Below, piece by piece: positions 59,624 to 64,000 of a stretch of DNA of 64,000 bases. The position numbers were made by a program, and so were the translations under genes. The stretch's first letter is position 1, and the number at the start of each line of letters is the position of its first letter. The stretch is from Spirulina sp. (lineage in GTDB: Bacteria; Cyanobacteriota; Cyanobacteriia; Phormidesmidales; Phormidesmidaceae). Below the pieces are notes generated by a model. The model worked only from the letters and a program-made list of their open reading frames with translations, ran no database searches and was not told the origin of the DNA. Location: contig JBIPSI010000008.1 of assembly GCA_044070495.1 (NCBI GenBank), forward strand, positions 96,001-160,000, read 5' to 3'.

Positions 59624-61603
59624 ATGGTACGCAGAACCGCTAAACGCTTTTTGGCCTTGGCCCTTGCCGCCTACAGTTTGGCCTTGGTGATCAATGTTGG
59701 CTATGGTTTCAGCCGTCCCACCTGGGCCGCTGATCCATCTCCTGGCATGATCGTGCCCAAAAGCAAATCGCTGGATCATGGCAGTATCCCGCCCACGGAT
59801 TCCCCCCTTCCCTCGCCTGCGCCGACCCCTGCGGTGATGTCTTCGGAGGTTGTGGCGGAGTCGCCCTTAGAGTCCATCGACGCGCCAGGATTACCAGTCC
59901 CAGGGGATCCGGCTGACCTAGGAATTGGCTCCACCCAGGAAGCCATCACCGAGATTCGCCCAGAGCCACTCGCCTCATATCTGCCGGAAGCGACTACGGC
60001 GCAAGTCCCCACAACGGGATCAGTCCCCGCGACCACCCAGAATCCCTCAATTGCCCAGAATCCCACGCCATCCCAAGGGCCAGCGCCAGAGGTTGCACCA
60101 GAACCCAATGCCGAACAGGATGCAGAAGCCGTCCAGGAGTCGGCAGCGGAGCCGTCCCAGACAGAAGGCGGGTCATCGGATGCGGCAGTGGCGATGGCCG
60201 AGTTGTTCATCGGGCTTTCCCCGGAACAGGCCAAACGTAGCGAGCTGTTAATGGCGGCGGATCGGTACCTATTGGCGGGGGATCAGGCGGCGGCCAATGC
60301 CCTCTACCGTCAGGCCAAGGAGGCCAAGTGGCTGGCGGAAATGACCAGCGGCGAGGCTATTGTGCCCATCACCAACCCCGAAGATCTGCCCCCAGCAGGT
60401 CGGGTCTATTGGCGAGAGGCCCAGGCGGGTTTGGAGTCTGGCTTCCCGAACCGGGTGCTGGTGCCCCTAGAACTTTTGGTCAAGGACTATCCCGACTTTT
60501 TGCCTGCCCAGTCGCTCTACGCCCGCTACCTGATTCAGCAGGAGCGCACGGAGGAGGCGCAGCAGCTTTTGGAAGCCATCGCCCTGCGGTTTCCCTACCA
60601 TCCCGATATTCTGCGGGCGCAGATTCAGCTTCAAATGGCCCAGGAAAAGTGGATTGAAGCGGCCATCACCGCCAACCAGTTTGCCCTGCTTAACCCCGAA
60701 CACCCCGATGCCGGAGCCATGGAGCAACTAGCCGAGGAAAACCTAAGCCGCTTTCGGGGGGAGATCAACGCCAACCTCACCCGCAACCTGGTGACCAACA
60801 TTATTACGGGGGCCGCTAGCTATTTCCTCACAGGCGGCTTGTTTGGCCCCTTCACCGCCATTAACTCAGGCATTTTACTGATGCAGGGGGAAAGTGCCCT
60901 AGGCCAGCAGGTGGCGGATCAGGTCAAACGCCAGGTGCCCATCGTCAGCGATCCAGAGGTACGCGCCTACGTCAACGAGGTGGGCCAAAAGCTAGCGGCC
61001 CTGGCCGGACGGGACGAATTCAACTACACCTTCGAGGTGGTGATGGACGACAGCCTCAATGCCTTTGCCCTACCGGGGGGCAAGATTTTCATCAACGCTG
61101 GAGCCATCACCAACAGCTACTCCGAGGCCGAACTGGCCGGACTCTTGGGCCATGAAATTTCCCATGCAGTGCTGTCCCACGGCTTCCAAATGGTGACCCA
61201 GGGCAACCTCACCGCCAGCCTCGCGGCCTTTATTCCCATCCCAGAGGTGGCCAACATTGCCGCCAACCTGATTGTGGCCAGCTATTCCCGCGATATGGAG
61301 CGACAGTCCGATATTTTGGGCACCAAGTTGTTGTCCACCGGGAACTATGCGGCGGATGGACTCCACAACCTAATGGCCACCCTAGAGACTGAGTACGGCA
61401 ACCGCAGCGTCACCTGGTTTGCCTCCCACCCCAACCCTAGGGATCGGATTAGCTATCTCAAGCAACTCATTGATCAGGGCGGCTTCGAGCGCTACACCTA
61501 CGAGGGCGTGGAAAAACACCTGAATATACGCAAAAAGACGATGCAGCTGATCAACGAATATCGCCTAGAGAACAGCCGCCAAGACAAGCTGCCCCGGCGC
61601 TAA
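59624..61603 (+). CDS. M48 family metallopeptidase with TPR-like region and Pro-rich N-terminal linker
   Basis: NAFALPGGKIFINAG, ELAGLLGHEISH (HExxH), YSRDMERQSD and SHP. Signal peptide. Confidence 0.92.
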   Translation: MVRRTAKRFLALALAAYSLALVINVGYGFSRPTWAADPSPGMIVPKSKSLDHGSIPPTDSPLPSPAPTPAVMSSEVVAESPLESIDAPGLPVPGDPADLGIGSTQEAITEIRPEPLASYLPEATTAQVPTTGSVPATTQNPSIAQNPTPSQGPAPEVAPEPNAEQDAEAVQESAAEPSQTEGGSSDAAVAMAELFIGLSPEQAKRSELLMAADRYLLAGDQAAANALYRQAKEAKWLAEMTSGEAIVPITNPEDLPPAGRVYWREAQAGLESGFPNRVLVPLELLVKDYPDFLPAQSLYARYLIQQERTEEAQQLLEAIALRFPYHPDILRAQIQLQMAQEKWIEAAITANQFALLNPEHPDAGAMEQLAEENLSRFRGEINANLTRNLVTNIITGAASYFLTGGLFGPFTAINSGILLMQGESALGQQVADQVKRQVPIVSDPEVRAYVNEVGQKLAALAGRDEFNYTFEVVMDDSLNAFALPGGKIFINAGAITNSYSEAELAGLLGHEISHAVLSHGFQMVTQGNLTASLAAFIPIPEVANIAANLIVASYSRDMERQSDILGTKLLSTGNYAADGLHNLMATLETEYGNRSVTWFASHPNPRDRISYLKQLIDQGGFERYTYEGVEKHLNIRKKTMQLINEYRLENSRQDKLPRR

Positions 61604-61814
61604 TAGCCTAGGCAGTCCCCTGGGAAAGGATCTGGAATATCGCTGGATTCCCACAGGGCAGGCGATAGCATCGCAAAAAACGTGTTTGGGATCGAGGGAA
61701 GGTATACCAAGTCCGAATTCCGTAACCCCGATTCCCAACAGAGAGATTTTTACCCTTGGGGATGTCGCGCTAGCGGCATGGACGATTGGTATGAGGCGAT
61801 AGCAGCAGGTTGCC

Positions 61815-61849
61815 AAAAACAAAGGGGGAAGACTTTTGAGTCTTCCCCC
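61815..61849 (-). terminator. Intrinsic terminator downstream of rplY
   Basis: GGGGGAAGACT-TTTG-AGTCTTCCCCC stem, followed on the minus strand by TTTGTTTTT. Confidence 0.8.
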
Positions 61850-61916
61850 ACGGCCGTCTTAACCTCTCAAGTGAGTTGGTTGGGTCGCGAAGCCGCCCAA
61901 CCCCAACCTCCCCAAC

Positions 61917-62471
61917 CTAGCCCTGAAGCACGCTAGCGATGATTTGGCTTTGATCGCCAGCCACAACAGCCCCCTCCGGCAGGTTGAGATCAGCCACCGT
62001 GAGGGCATCGCCAACGGCCAGCCCAGACACATCCACATCGATCACCTCAGGAATATCCACCACCTTACACTTGACGGTGACCTCGTTCACTTCGGTGTTC
62101 AGCATTCCGCCACCGTCCTTCACGCCTACGGGCTCACCCACAAAATTCAGAGTCACGCCCACTTCTACGGCATCCTGGGCCTTCACGGCAAAAAAGCTGA
62201 GGTGATAGACCAGATTCTTCCAGGGATGGGTCTGCACCTCCCGCAGCAGCGCCTTGCCGCTCCAGGGCATATCGGGCACATTGATATCGATCATGGTGTT
62301 GTTGATGGCCACCTTGCGCAGCAACAGATCCGCCGCCTTTTGATCCAGGGTTAGCTCCATCGACTCCGTGCCGTTGTGGCCATAGAGCACCGCAGGCAGC
62401 AGGCCCTCCCGGCGCAGAGCATTGGGCTTCGCCTTCGGATCCCGCGCTTTACATTCAATGGTCAGTTCCAT
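61917..62471 (-). CDS. rplY: 50S ribosomal protein L25 / general stress protein Ctc
   Basis: ALRREGLLPAVLYG, LLREVQTHPWK..VYHLSF, VGEPVGVKDGG and IPEVIDVDVSGL. Confidence 0.93.
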   Translation of the reverse strand: MELTIECKARDPKAKPNALRREGLLPAVLYGHNGTESMELTLDQKAADLLLRKVAINNTMIDINVPDMPWSGKALLREVQTHPWKNLVYHLSFFAVKAQDAVEVGVTLNFVGEPVGVKDGGGMLNTEVNEVTVKCKVVDIPEVIDVDVSGLAVGDALTVADLNLPEGAVVAGDQSQIIASVLQG

Positions 62472-62525
62472 AGCAATCTCCCCCGTAGGTAATTCAATGA
62501 AAGGTCAAAAACAGGTTTCGCTATC

Positions 62526-63866
<1,341 letters not shown>

Positions 63867-64000
63867 CTAGACTCTTAAGTTCACACAAATTCCCATTATC
63901 ATCAGCAATGGACCCCACTGTCAACTTTTAAAAATTAAGAACTGTCCAGGCCCAACGGTCTAAAGCGTGGCTCCCTGGCCCCTCCCTCGGTTTCGCATTT

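Overview
Chromosomal window from a moderately GC-rich cyanobacterium. Markers are ndhP, sqdB-sqdX, rimO-crhR, menF-menD, DUF565, Uma2 and a Tat-exported FutA; a Leptolyngbya/Nodosilinea-like lineage is my inference only. Most of the window is housekeeping: folK, glmM, cysteine desulfurase, gatB, argB, aroK, guaD, purU, rplY, purA, a MacAB/FtsX-type ABC exporter and a sugar ABC importer. A few AT-richer accessory genes are interspersed (AraC next to an arylsulfatase, a GMC oxidoreductase, a DUF3592 islet with hicBA). I found no CRISPR array, tRNA, rRNA or intact transposase. Two things stand out. (1) An iron-centred cluster at 51.9-57.1 kb: a divergent FurA paralogue, DpsA-type dps, a translationally coupled Asr1405-family and thioredoxin-like [2Fe-2S] protein pair, a non-canonical TonB-like protein (SxxxH anchor, Pro-rich linker) and futA, with Fur-box-like and shared motifs in the promoters. 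(2) Many small non-autonomous repeats: a ~165-bp MITE in three copies (one with a perfect 11-bp target duplication), nested insertions, the same palindromic core inside different terminal-repeat shells, GTAG-type REPs, heptamer arrays inside ABC operons and two repeat insertions kept in frame inside menD. By eye HIP1 (GCGATCGC) appears absent while CCTAGG is frequent. Family assignments come from motif recognition, not database searches.
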